From positions 1 through 62,698 of the forward strand of contig CAVUGN010000006.1 of NCBI GenBank assembly GCA_963741095.1: DNA of 62,698 nt, read 5' to 3'. This document shows positions 9,869 through 18,750 of this stretch, piece after piece; position 1 is the stretch's first letter; every line of letters starts with the position of its first letter. A program made the translations under genes and the position numbers. The notes beneath the pieces were generated by a model that was not told the DNA's origin, searched no databases, and saw nothing but the letters and a program-made list of their open reading frames with translations. This stretch comes from an uncultured Candidatus Micrarchaeota archaeon. Lineage in GTDB: Archaea; Micrarchaeota; Micrarchaeia; Micrarchaeales; Micrarchaeaceae.

Positions 9869-10672
9869 GTGAATAAAATTCAGCTCGAGGAGATGCGGGC
9901 ACGGATGAAGGCTATGATGGTCTTCTATCTGGCCTGCCTTGCAGTCCTGGCATTCGTATGCATCTTCATGTACCGTACCACCAACTACTATGCTGTTGCA
10001 TACCCGTACAGCAGCATAACCGCATTGCCCCATAATTCAACCACTGTAATATTGAGCGTATTCAACGGCTATTCCGAGAAGGTACCACAGAACGCCAATC
10101 TTACAAACATAGGCAGCGTACGGCAGGGAGCCCTGCAGGGAGTCACTTCGACCGTTGAGGAGTTGCTGCTGGCCTTCGTTACGCTGATGATGTTCAGCGT
10201 TTTCAGTGTGATCCTGAAAAAGAGAAATGGAATCGGCGCACATCAAAGCAAAAGGCTTTACTTTATTCCAGTCATCTTCCTTGTTGCGCTCCTGGTTTCG
10301 CAGTATCTGATAGCGTTTGCATTTGTTCTCCAGCACAAGACTTCTAGCGGCATATCATTCTTCTTTGTCGACAGTCTGGCAACCATAATATGGTTCGGGA
10401 TTCTTGATGAACTGTTCTTGTATCAGTATATCAAAAAGGCATCTTCTGCCATTGCCTTCAAGGTTCTTGGCGTGCTCTGGCCCCTTACATTGATACTGAT
10501 AACGGTTATGCTCCTGCAGAACCTGGGACTTCTAGCATATAACGCAGGCTTCGCAGCCACATATATAGTGCATTTTGAGGGTATTGTAGAATTTGCAATC
10601 GCGTTTGGGGCGTTGTTTTACTATAAAGACTCGAGGATGTCGATAACAAGAATGCTTCACCTTAAAAAGTAA
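9869..10672 (+). CDS. Multi-pass membrane protein
   Basis: About six hydrophobic segments with an Asn/Thr-rich external loop. Confidence 0.7.
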   Translation: MNKIQLEEMRARMKAMMVFYLACLAVLAFVCIFMYRTTNYYAVAYPYSSITALPHNSTTVILSVFNGYSEKVPQNANLTNIGSVRQGALQGVTSTVEELLLAFVTLMMFSVFSVILKKRNGIGAHQSKRLYFIPVIFLVALLVSQYLIAFAFVLQHKTSSGISFFFVDSLATIIWFGILDELFLYQYIKKASSAIAFKVLGVLWPLTLILITVMLLQNLGLLAYNAGFAATYIVHFEGIVEFAIAFGALFYYKDSRMSITRMLHLKK

Positions 10673-10734
10673 CTAAAACGAACCCATTCCGCTAAACAGC
10701 ATTGGAAATGACAATCTTAAGCTTTATGCAATGA

Positions 10735-11376
10735 ATGTTTCAGGGCGATCGGATGTCTGGTGGAAAAGCTTCGAAGAACGTGGTAGTGGCAGGGATAGGC
10801 GATGCAGGCTGCAACATGCTTGTGCGGTTTGGCAGGAGAGCGGACAGAAGCATACGGCTCGTGGCTCTGAATACCGATGCGCACGCACTGAAAAGGATAA
10901 AGGACAGCGCGATAAAAAAGGTTCTCATAGGCGCAAAGACCCTGCATGGGCGTTCAGCGGCAGGCGATCCGGCTAAAGGAGCCATGGCCGCTGCCAAGGA
11001 TAGCACAGTCATATCAAGGGCGATGGGCAGGCCTGATGCAATGTTCCTGCTTGCAGGGCTCGGAGGAGGTACTGGTACAGGCGCCATCCCGATCATCGCC
11101 GACATGGCCAGGAAGAGGGGCGCAGTGGTCAATGCTGTTGTAGTATACCCATTCAGCCTCGAGAAGGCAAGGCGCTCCAAGGCGTATGCGGCAATCCCGC
11201 AGCTAGTGGAAAAATGCGACAGCCTGATGGTGGAGCACAACGATGCGCTCGTGAAACTCGTGCCGAACATGCCGATGAACAAGGCTTTTGGACTCATGGA
11301 CGGGCGCGTTTCGCGGCATATAAAGGCGCGGATTAAAGAAGCGGCGAGGTGGGGGTATGAGCGCTCCGGTGACTGA
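10735..11376 (+). CDS. ftsZ: FtsZ homologue consisting of the N-terminal GTP-binding domain only
   Basis: GIGDAGCN, ALNTD, tubulin signature GLGGGTGTG, PFSLE, ND.L; the ORF ends after helix H7. Confidence 0.85.
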   Translation: MFQGDRMSGGKASKNVVVAGIGDAGCNMLVRFGRRADRSIRLVALNTDAHALKRIKDSAIKKVLIGAKTLHGRSAAGDPAKGAMAAAKDSTVISRAMGRPDAMFLLAGLGGGTGTGAIPIIADMARKRGAVVNAVVVYPFSLEKARRSKAYAAIPQLVEKCDSLMVEHNDALVKLVPNMPMNKAFGLMDGRVSRHIKARIKEAARWGYERSGD

Positions 11377-11776
11377 GTCGTACTACGAAGGCAGGGAACG
11401 TAATCTAATTGAGGTCATCCGGAGCGGAAGCAAAGAAAGGCTCGTACGCATGGAATGGCTCATTATACGATCCAAATGGTGGGCATTCAATGTGGTAAAC
11501 AATCCCATCATTGCAACAAGCAGTGGCTCCAATGGCCGGCCACTCATCTTTCGCGCTGTGGAGAACCATGAAGAGATTGCAGAAATGGTCCTTTGCAGCA
11601 ACAAGTTGTTAAACATCCATGACGATTACGGCATTACGGTGGCCCATGCGATAGTAATCTTCCACAAGATGCTTGCCGAACGCATTGTGGCGGAGAAGCC
11701 CGAGGTATGTGCCATGAAGGTGGGCAAGGGTCTGACTGTCGAATTGTTCGCAAGGATCACGTGGTTTAAAGGTTAA
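11357..11776 (+). CDS. Divergent ankyrin-like repeat protein
   Basis: GRPLIFRAVENH, DDYGITVAHAIV and GKGLTVELFA units resemble ankyrin repeats. Confidence 0.55.
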   Translation: MSAPVTESYYEGRERNLIEVIRSGSKERLVRMEWLIIRSKWWAFNVVNNPIIATSSGSNGRPLIFRAVENHEEIAEMVLCSNKLLNIHDDYGITVAHAIVIFHKMLAERIVAEKPEVCAMKVGKGLTVELFARITWFKG

Positions 11777-11802
11777 TAGTTCCTAAGGCCTTTCCCGAGA
11801 GC

Positions 11803-11820
11803 GCCTGAAGCTGCCGGCGT
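11803..11820 (+). repeat. 18-bp direct repeat, copy 2, at the left edge of an AT-rich island
   Basis: Exact match to 3297-3314. Confidence 0.8.
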
Positions 11821-11839
11821 TTGAAACGGAAGCTTAATT

Positions 11840-12562
11840 TTATTTCTTTTGTTGAGTTCGTCTAAGTGTGCACGAGCTCGCCATTTTGTCTATCTGCTCT
11901 TGCATTATTGATTGGCATTTCATTCCTTCTATAAGAACGGGTGGAAGCCTCTTAAACCCAAATACTATTTCCGGTATCGAGCCTTCTTCGCCCTCTATGT
12001 GTATATCCACTACGGGCGTATTTGTGTTTTTTATCCGCACGACACTTTTCCGTTCTGCTGGAAGCAGACATATACGCGGGTCGTGTAAACCCACGTAAAA
12101 TCTTTTATTGAATAAGGACAACTTGTTAAGTGTGTCGCAGGCCTTTTGGGCCAGCTCCTCTGCCTGTTTTCCATTCTTCGTATGCAGTTGTATATCTACG
12201 TCCTGAGGTTTGCGTATTTTCTAACGCATAACCATCCTTACAACTGCACTTCCATGGGTTCCTGCCGATTTTGGCAGGTTTTGTTTTAAAAATTCTGATA
12301 GAATGTTATTCTCTTTTTCTGATAGCGCTTCTAACTCTAATAGGTATCGGGCGTTAGAATAATCCAGCTTTACATCTTTCTGAAGGTTGCGTAGCATGGT
12401 CGTTTGAGAATTGAGCATTTGAAATAATTGGGGGTTTGTTAATTTTAGTGCAGATAAAACCGCTTCTAAGTCTTTGTCTGTTCTGATTGGATTAGGCAGA
12501 TTTGTCGTGTTATCTTTTACAGTATAGTTGTTTATGACTTTCAGGGCTTCGCGTTCGTCCAT
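11840..12562 (-). pseudogene. Probable nucleotidyltransferase-fold protein interrupted by a single in-frame TAG (12221-12223)
   Basis: ORFs 12221..12562 and 11840..12121 are in one frame, joined by 33 sense codons, reading THGSAVVRMVMR*KIRKPQDVDIQL (hGS...DhD motif). Confidence 0.55.
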
Positions 12563-12600
12563 AAATTTGCTGGGTAAATGATGTTTATATTGGTTACTTT

Positions 12601-13402
12601 CAAGCTTCCAAGCTCCCTTTTATTCGTAAACCTTCTTTGTGTTAACTAATTGAATGCAGAGTTTGGTAAAAATTATTTGGCTTGATTACTCCAATTCAAT
12701 ATGGCGAATCCTTTCGTTTCAATGACGTATCTCTTTAAGAGTAATCCCTCTTTTCGTACATATCCCCCATTTATCAGTTTAATTACGATCTGGTCATTAA
12801 GATTATTTAACTCACGATTCCTTATATTTTTTAATGTTTCCATATCCGCCGTTGATAATTTTTTGCCCCCCGCATCAATAAACGCTTTCTTTTCTTCCGC
12901 TTCTTGTTTCTTTCTTTCCCTTATGTCATTTAATCTTTCCTTTTCCATTTCTTCGCGTCTCTTGGCCAGCCTTCAGGAATAGAAACTACGCCTTCTGCAA
13001 GTGTTTCCATTGCCCACCTTAAACATCGCAACTCCGCCTCTTACATTGAAAAATATCAATTTTCCTTTGATATTTTGTATAGTGATGGGACATTCGGATA
13101 TTTTATTTGGTTCAGAGTTGCACATTATTAACTGAGAAAAACAAACAAGGTTGACCACCCAAGGACGGCCTAAATGCAGGCATATTGGGTTTAAGTCCAT
13201 ATTTCCTTCCAAGTTCCGTTAGCCATAATTGTACGGGCAAGAAGGTGCGCCAACTCGTTCCAGATTCCGCCATAATTATATTGTGCTGGAAAAGCGTATA
13301 TTCGTTGCCATCAAGCCTTCTCCAAGCCCCCTTTTCTTCGTAAACCTTCTTTAGGCGTGTACTTTTATTGTTTGGGTCTTGGCTAAGGCCGGGATGACTG
13401 GT
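12601..13402 (+). repeat. Two AT-shifted variants of the cassette-boundary repeat (about 12601-12640 and 13311-13402)
   Basis: Shared CCAAGCYCCCTTTT(A/C)TTCGTAAACCTTCTTT; the second copy continues into GGCTAAGGCCGGGATGACTGG like the repeat right arm. Confidence 0.5.
12673..12948 (-). CDS. Small hypothetical protein, possible winged-helix C-terminus
   Basis: 91-aa ORF; LINGGYVRK...YVIETKG wHTH-like ending. Confidence 0.5.
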   Translation of the reverse strand: MEKERLNDIRERKKQEAEEKKAFIDAGGKKLSTADMETLKNIRNRELNNLNDQIVIKLINGGYVRKEGLLLKRYVIETKGFAILNWSNQAK

Positions 13403-13411
13403 GTTTTTTGT

Positions 13412-13597
13412 TTACGCGTATACGTTGCAGTATGATGCGGGCTTGAGCGTATGCTTGCAATTAGTGCAGACTGCTAAGATATCTTTTCCTCCGCCTATCC
13501 CTCCTCCTGGTTGTATATCTCTCTTTTCTTGTGTTATCTGTACATCGCTGTTACATTTGCAGGAACAATCAGAATGATCCACACACATTTTGCACAT
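13412..13597 (-). CDS. Small Cys-rich putative metal-binding protein
   Basis: MCKMC..CSCKC...CTNCKH; GTGGT RBS-like sequence upstream. Confidence 0.55.
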   Translation of the reverse strand: MCKMCVDHSDCSCKCNSDVQITQEKRDIQPGGGIGGGKDILAVCTNCKHTLKPASYCNVYA

Positions 13598-13665
13598 TTA
13601 ACCACAATTTTGCATATATCAATTTCATTATAAAAACCAGATTAATCTAAACCCAAAATGGTCTA

Positions 13666-14628
13666 TTATCCGCTGGCATCTATGTTACCGTTAGCATGAT
13701 GTACCTCTCTCACACCACCCGGTGGGCGTTCGGGATTTCCAGTACAATTATGCGTTTCAGGCACCCAATGCGTAGAACAAAAGTATTTTCCGCAATACCT
13801 GCATTGATGTAAGTCTGCCCAAGTCTTATATGAGCTTTTGCAGTAATAACAATAGTGTTTATTCCACTCAATTTCACATTTAGTGTTGTGTTCTTTGGGC
13901 TCTATATGCGTAGAACAAAAGTATTTTCCGCAATACCTGCACACTTTTTTATCCGCAGAACTTCCATACTTCTTTTCACATTTATAGCAATAGGTATCAT
14001 TAGTGTCTTCTTTCCATAATCCATAACATTTTTCATCATGGGTTTTAGGGTTTATATGCTCTGTACAGAAATATTTTCCACAGTATTTGCATTCCTTCTT
14101 ATCTTTAGAACTTCCATACTTCTTTTCACATTTATAGCAATAGGTATCATTAGTGTCTTCTTTCCATAATCCATAACATTTTTCATCATGGGTTTTAGGG
14201 TTTATATGCTCTGTACAGAAATATTTTCCACAGTATTTGCATTCCTTCTTATCTTTAGAACTTCCATACTTCTTTTCACATTTATAGCAATAGGTATCAT
14301 TAGTGTCTTCTTTCCATAATCCATAACATTTTTCATCATGGGTTTTAGGGTTTATATGCTCTGTACAGAAATATTTTCCACAGTATTTGCATTCCTTCTT
14401 ATCTTTAGAACTTCCATACTTCTTTTCACATTTATAGCAATAGGTATCATTAGTGTCTTCTTTCCATAATCCATAACATTTTTCATCATGGGTTTTAGGG
14501 TTTATATGCTCTGTACAGAAATATTTTCCACAGTATTTGCATTCCTCTCCAACACCAGTCTTTCTTGTGCATTTATGACAGCGGGGTTTCCCTTTTAATA
14601 TCTCTTTGATGGTATCCAAAATCCCCAT
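13666..14628 (-). CDS. Protein with six tandem AN1-type zinc fingers
   Basis: Repeated CxxC-x(9-12)-CxxC-x4-CxxH-x5-H-x(1-3)-C pattern. Confidence 0.85.
   Translation of the reverse strand: MGILDTIKEILKGKPRCHKCTRKTGVGEECKYCGKYFCTEHINPKTHDEKCYGLWKEDTNDTYCYKCEKKYGSSKDKKECKYCGKYFCTEHINPKTHDEKCYGLWKEDTNDTYCYKCEKKYGSSKDKKECKYCGKYFCTEHINPKTHDEKCYGLWKEDTNDTYCYKCEKKYGSSKDKKECKYCGKYFCTEHINPKTHDEKCYGLWKEDTNDTYCYKCEKKYGSSADKKVCRYCGKYFCSTHIEPKEHNTKCEIEWNKHYCYYCKSSYKTWADLHQCRYCGKYFCSTHWVPETHNCTGNPERPPGGVREVHHANGNIDASG
13957..14546. repeat. Perfect 150-bp tandem repeat, about 3.9 copies (50 codons each)
   Basis: Identical blocks starting at 13961, 14111, 14261 and 14411. Confidence 0.97.
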
Positions 14629-14960
14629 TTCATCCCTCTTTTCAACTTTGTATCTTTATCCCTTCTACACTAACTTAAATAAATTTATGCTTCATATTCC
14701 CTACCTGTTTTTTAAAATCCTTTTAGCACAAAACAGTCTGCCAACTCACTCACTACTTTTTCCCGCCAACACGCCCTCAAATACTATTCGGATAACCAAT
14801 CAAACACCCAAAAAATATTCGGGCAGGACCATGCGGGCGCCCCTTTCCATCGTTTTCCTTCGACGGAAGGGATGTTCGGATAACGTGCTGCTGGGGGATA
14901 GAAGCCGAATACTTCTGCCTGTTCTCCCAGTACCGAACGCCCTGCAACCAAAACGCCCGA

Positions 14961-15060
14961 GCCCAAGCCTGCCGCCATCCCCACCAAACCCTTAAACTCT
15001 TTTCTTTTCATAGCTTAGCGTGCTTCGATGCAGATCTCGGCTAAAGACCTCGGCTGGCTC
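14961..15060 (+). repeat. Reference copy of the cassette-boundary repeat: promoter plus first codons of the Cas4-like nuclease gene
   Basis: CCAAACCCTTAAACTCTTTTCTTTTCATAGCTTAGCGTGCTTCGATGCAGATCTCGGCTAAAGACCTCGGCTGGCT. Confidence 0.8.
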
Positions 15061-15726
15061 AATACAGCTGACTTCTGCCCAAGGTGCTTCTGGATAACCA
15101 GGCATGACCGCAAGCTGCCATACCAGACTCCCTTCGCAGGCATCTTCTCTTCCATCGATTCTTATACCAAAAGCGTGGTGGCCAAGCACTTCGAAAGGTT
15201 CAACAGGCTTCCGGACTGGCTTGCCGAGATCGGAGACGTGAAGAGACTGGTGAAGGTGGTCCCATCCGCGTTCAGGACGGAGAAGGACGGGACGGTGCTG
15301 ACAGGCATCCCGGACGAGCTCTTCCAGAGGCCGGACAGCAGCTACGGCATAATAGACTACAAGACCGCGAGGTACACGGGCAACCAGGACGCGCTCATGC
15401 CGGTCTACGAGGTGCAGCTCAACGGATACGCCTACATAGCAGAGGCCATCGGGGATAAGCCGGTCAACGACCTCTACCTCGCCTATTTCGAGCCTCCGAG
15501 CCACGAGCGCTTCGACGAGCTCACCGGCAAGCACACCACAAAAGAAGGATTTGAGATGCCCTTCACCCCCGTGATACACAAGGTAAGGAAGGACACGAGG
15601 CAGGTGGAGAGGCTGATGGCAAAGGCTGAAGGCATATATGAGATGAGCAAGCCTCCTGAAGGCTTGGAAGGGTGCGAGGACTGCGCCAGGATGGAGGAGT
15701 TGGCTAGGTTGATTGGGCTAGGCTAG
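15028..15726 (+). CDS. PD-(D/E)xK nuclease of the Cas4/AddB-like superfamily
   Basis: CPRCFW, GIPD, IIDYKT, QLNGYAY, C-terminal CEDC (four Cys ligands). Confidence 0.88.
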   Translation: MQISAKDLGWLNTADFCPRCFWITRHDRKLPYQTPFAGIFSSIDSYTKSVVAKHFERFNRLPDWLAEIGDVKRLVKVVPSAFRTEKDGTVLTGIPDELFQRPDSSYGIIDYKTARYTGNQDALMPVYEVQLNGYAYIAEAIGDKPVNDLYLAYFEPPSHERFDELTGKHTTKEGFEMPFTPVIHKVRKDTRQVERLMAKAEGIYEMSKPPEGLEGCEDCARMEELARLIGLG

Positions 15727-15770
15727 ATAAAGATTTAATCTTTGAAAGTTAGTAGGAAGCAGGTGGGTTT

Positions 15771-16184
15771 ATAAAAAAGACGAAGATCATTCGGGACGGG
15801 AAAATCACCGTAAAGGAGATAGAAGACATACGCCGTTCAGTGAACTGGAATCCGAATCTGGGCAGGTACAAGACGGCGATGAAACACACGAATTCGTGGT
15901 ACACGATTAGGCAGGATAAAAAGTTGATTGCCTTCGCCAGGGTCGTAAGCGATTGTTCGGTGGATGCGTTTATTGTTGACTTGAATGTAAGGCCCGAATT
16001 CCAGGACAAGGGCATGGGAAAGAGGTTGATGAGGTATATCATCAAGGAGCTAAAGCAGGAAGGTGTCAGAATGATCTGGTTGACCTTCTTGTCTAAGGAC
16101 CAGAAACTCAATCATTTCTACAAAAAACTCGGATTCGATACTAAAAAGTATAAGGCAGGCTGTATTGATTTTGTTCGTGGCTAA
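15771..16184 (+). CDS. GNAT acetyltransferase (frame open from an ATA at 15771 behind a GGTGG RBS; first canonical start is GTG 15840)
   Basis: LIAFARV, acetyl-CoA motif VRPEFQDKGMGKRL, FYKKLGF. Confidence 0.85.
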   Translation: MKKTKIIRDGKITVKEIEDIRRSVNWNPNLGRYKTAMKHTNSWYTIRQDKKLIAFARVVSDCSVDAFIVDLNVRPEFQDKGMGKRLMRYIIKELKQEGVRMIWLTFLSKDQKLNHFYKKLGFDTKKYKAGCIDFVRG

Positions 16185-16200
16185 AGACTAGGAGATTGAT

Positions 16201-16323
16201 AAGCCTCTAGCCTCGCCGCGCTCCTTTTTAACCCTCTAGCCCGTCGCCCCGCAACCCTTAAGCTCTTTTCTCTGGATGGCTTGCGTGCTTCCGTGAGGGG
16301 CTAAGGGGGCTTGGCTTGACAAG
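16201..16323 (+). repeat. Cassette-boundary repeat copy
   Basis: CTCTAGCC...CCCCGCAACCCTTAAGCTCTTTTCTCTGGATGGCTTGCGTGCTTCC...GGCTTGA. Confidence 0.8.
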
Positions 16324-16330
16324 TGGGTTG

Positions 16331-16594
16331 CTAATATGCCTTTTCCCTCCATCCGGCGAAATGCACAATTATCCTGCGCTCGTTCCACAGGACTTCGTAG
16401 ACCATCCTTATCTTGCCCAATCTTATCCTATAATGGCCATCGTATCCGCTCAGTTTCACGATATCGTAGGAATCCACCGGCACCGGCTCCCCTTTCAGGG
16501 CATCTATGGCTTCCCGGAGCTTACCTTTCTGCTTGCTGTCCAAGGATTCGATGAACTTCAGCGCCGATTTCTTTACCAGTATCTCGAACGGCAT
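16331..16594 (-). CDS. relE: RelE/ParE-family toxin
   Basis: 87 aa basic protein with KLSG..YRIRLGKIRMVY and GWREKAY. Confidence 0.88.
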   Translation of the reverse strand: MPFEILVKKSALKFIESLDSKQKGKLREAIDALKGEPVPVDSYDIVKLSGYDGHYRIRLGKIRMVYEVLWNERRIIVHFAGWREKAY

Positions 16595-16596
16595 TC

Positions 16597-16800
16597 CTAC
16601 GCCTTGAGAGCGTCAAAAAGAGCCTTTTCAGGCATAAGCTTCTCCCTTGATTTCAGGGCCCTTTTTTCGTCAGGCAGTATCCTTCCGCTCTTAACAAGTG
16701 CGTCGATGAGATTCTTGTATAGCGTGGTGAGGGTGTCCAGCCTGGCATTTATGCCGTCAAGGTCGTTCATCACTCTCTTTTCCATAATCTGCTCCTGCAT
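16597..16800 (-). CDS. Cognate antitoxin (start at ATG 16800)
   Basis: Small ORF directly upstream of the toxin; TATA-like TTAAATAA about 30 bp upstream. Confidence 0.7.
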   Translation of the reverse strand: MQEQIMEKRVMNDLDGINARLDTLTTLYKNLIDALVKSGRILPDEKRALKSREKLMPEKALFDALKA

Positions 16801-16860
16801 CGTAATCGCCAGTATAATAACCGCTGTACAGTTATTTAAGCTTTGGTGTGTGGCGATCGG

Positions 16861-16933
16861 CCCTCTGCCTCTAGCCCACCCCGCAACCCTCAACCTCTTT
16901 TATCCGGATGGCTTGGCGCGTCGCTTCTGCTAG
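16861..16933 (+). repeat. Cassette-boundary repeat copy
   Basis: CTCTAGCCCACCCCGCAACCCTCAACCTCTTTTATCCGGATGGCTTGGCGCG. Confidence 0.8.
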
Positions 16934-16934
16934 T

Positions 16935-17096
16935 TCATCTCTTGAAGTACCATGCCATCAGCACGAGCACCACGGCGACGAGGGCCAGCCAGGAATAGGC
17001 GTTCCAGCCGATCATGGCCGAGAACAACAGGATTGCAATCGATGCTGCAATGAGCGCCTGGTCCTTCGTGAGAGAGTTCTTGTTGCGCTTATCCAT
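16935..17096 (-). CDS. Small two-TM membrane protein (likely start MDKRNKNS)
   Basis: Two hydrophobic helices; sits alone between two repeat copies. Confidence 0.6.
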   Translation of the reverse strand: MDKRNKNSLTKDQALIAASIAILLFSAMIGWNAYSWLALVAVVLVLMAWYFKR

Positions 17097-17160
17097 GAAG
17101 GTAAGTCGCATTCCATCCTTAAAATAACTTGCCCATCGGCCACGTCCCGTCTTTCCATCT

Positions 17161-17255
17161 TCAGCCCTCCCCTTTTCCGCCCCCCAAACCATTTACCCGG
17201 ACAGCTTGGCGCGCTTCAATGCTAAACTAAGGCTGGGATGGCTGGGCTCGAAGCC
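17161..17255 (+). repeat. Cassette-boundary repeat copy
   Basis: CCGGACAGCTTGGCGCGCTTCAATG...AAGGCTGGGATGGCTGGGCT. Confidence 0.7.
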
Positions 17256-17320
17256 TGTCCGTTAGAAGGAGGATATTTAGGATTTCTGGTCGATATTGAG
17301 ATTGCTTTGTGTGATCTAGA

Positions 17321-18042
17321 ATGGCCTATTCGCTCTGGTTTGTAATGCGTGCGTATCTCATCTACATCGCAATCCCGCTTCTTGTAAGTGGAGTGGTGTT
17401 GATAGGGTCTGGCTACGCGTCGTTTGGGATTTATGGCGTGATTATGGGTGCGCTGTTCGCGGTAGGATGGGTCGCCCTGATAATACAGCAGATAACAAAG
17501 GCGACTGGCGCAGGCTCCATATTTGATGCGGTTTACTCCGGTGGCCTACATCCGATTGCCCCGGCGTTGGCCAGCCTGTTCTTTTATGCTTGACAGTTGC
17601 TACGTACCTTGGCAACGGCTTTTCGCTGGCTAGTACTGGGGGATTTTTCATGCTCTGGCTCGCACTGGCTTACAGCCTCATCGCAGTAGTCCTTATTCTG
17701 GTCAGGATTCGTTTCAAGGGAATATTCACCCAGATCTTCTCGCAGGATACTGGGAACGTGCATGTAATGGGCATGCTGCCATGGATTATAGACCAAAGTA
17801 GGGCGATGTCGGAGATTGCAGTAGTAGTCATCTTCATAATATGGGTATTCTCAAAGTACGTCATGCCACTCCTTTCAGGACCACTGCCGCCAGGAGTCGT
17901 ACCAGATAGCAAGCTCTGGCTTCTTGAACTTGGAATGCTGGTTCTCCTTCTTGCTTTCCTGCCAACAGAGATTATGCAACGCTGCATCTATGGCAAATGG
18001 AAGCTCGGGCTCGGGCACGAGGGCAGTTTTACTGAAAAATAA
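17321..18042 (+). CDS. Multi-pass membrane protein split by a 1-bp frameshift near 17582-17590
   Basis: Two hydrophobic ORFs join if one T is added to the T4 run (FFLCLTVATY); probable homopolymer error. Confidence 0.55.
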
Positions 18043-18091
18043 AGAGGATGATGAAGCATTACCTGTTTTCGAGCCTTTTCTATCCATCCCC

Positions 18092-18120
18092 AGCCTGCGC
18101 CATCGGCTTTCTGCCTTGGC
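18092..18120 (+). repeat. 29-bp exact direct repeat, copy 1 (AGCCTGCGCCATCGGCTTTCTGCCTTGGC)
   Basis: Identical to 20524-20552. Confidence 0.92.
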
Positions 18121-18167
18121 TTGAATGTTTGTTTGCTTTGAGATGTAGTTTAGAGGGTACTTATCAG

Positions 18168-18734
18168 TCACTCGCCGATCCTTCTCAGAGCATCTAGCCT
18201 TTTCGCAGCCGCTTGTGGGTTCTCTTTCACGGTGGCGTTCCTTGCGAGTACATCGCTTTCGCGGTCTGCCCACAGCCTCTGCGCTTCCTTTGCCGCGGCC
18301 TCGGGGCCGAAACTCTTTTCGAACATTTCCAAAGTGAGCTCGATCGCGCTATCGATTATCCTGCTCAATGGGACATCATTGTGGTTCGCCTTGTGTTCCA
18401 GATCGAGAAGCGCCTCGTTCGCCTGCCTGAGGTCAAATCCCTCCGGTACGTTTTTTGTGTTGTCGTACAGCACTATGGGGCTATGGCCCATTCCTACGTA
18501 CAGTGAAACGCTTCTTACCGCGCTTGTTTCGCTGAGGAACAGCTCGTTGGCATAGTCTCCTTTGCCCTTCACGGCCAGCCTATCGAACGGAGTTACACTC
18601 TTAAGTGTGCCTACAATGCGGTCTATGCTTCCGAAAGACACCGACTCCACCAAAACAGTCCTGCCAATGTAATTCGGCAGTTGGTTCATCTGCTCTACCC
18701 TTTGCTGAACGTCAGAGTTTTTTTCTATTGTCAT
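18168..18734 (-). CDS. Orphan protein, tandem paralogue A (start MTIEKNSD at 18734)
   Basis: Shares N-terminus and the motifs KSVTPF, VLYDNTKN.P.GFDL and EMFEKSFGP with the next gene. Confidence 0.75.
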   Translation of the reverse strand: MTIEKNSDVQQRVEQMNQLPNYIGRTVLVESVSFGSIDRIVGTLKSVTPFDRLAVKGKGDYANELFLSETSAVRSVSLYVGMGHSPIVLYDNTKNVPEGFDLRQANEALLDLEHKANHNDVPLSRIIDSAIELTLEMFEKSFGPEAAAKEAQRLWADRESDVLARNATVKENPQAAAKRLDALRRIGE

Positions 18735-18750
18735 ATGATCACGATTCGCA

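Noticed and set aside
12973-13310. Coding region in the AT-rich island
   Set aside because: Only short ORFs in different frames with no recognisable motif; possibly a decayed gene but not supportable
13957-14546. Possible CRISPR array
   Set aside because: Units are contiguous, identical 150-bp coding repeats with no unique spacers
3589-15726. CRISPR-Cas locus suggested by csa3-like and Cas4-like genes
   Set aside because: No cas1/cas2, effector genes or repeat-spacer array in the window
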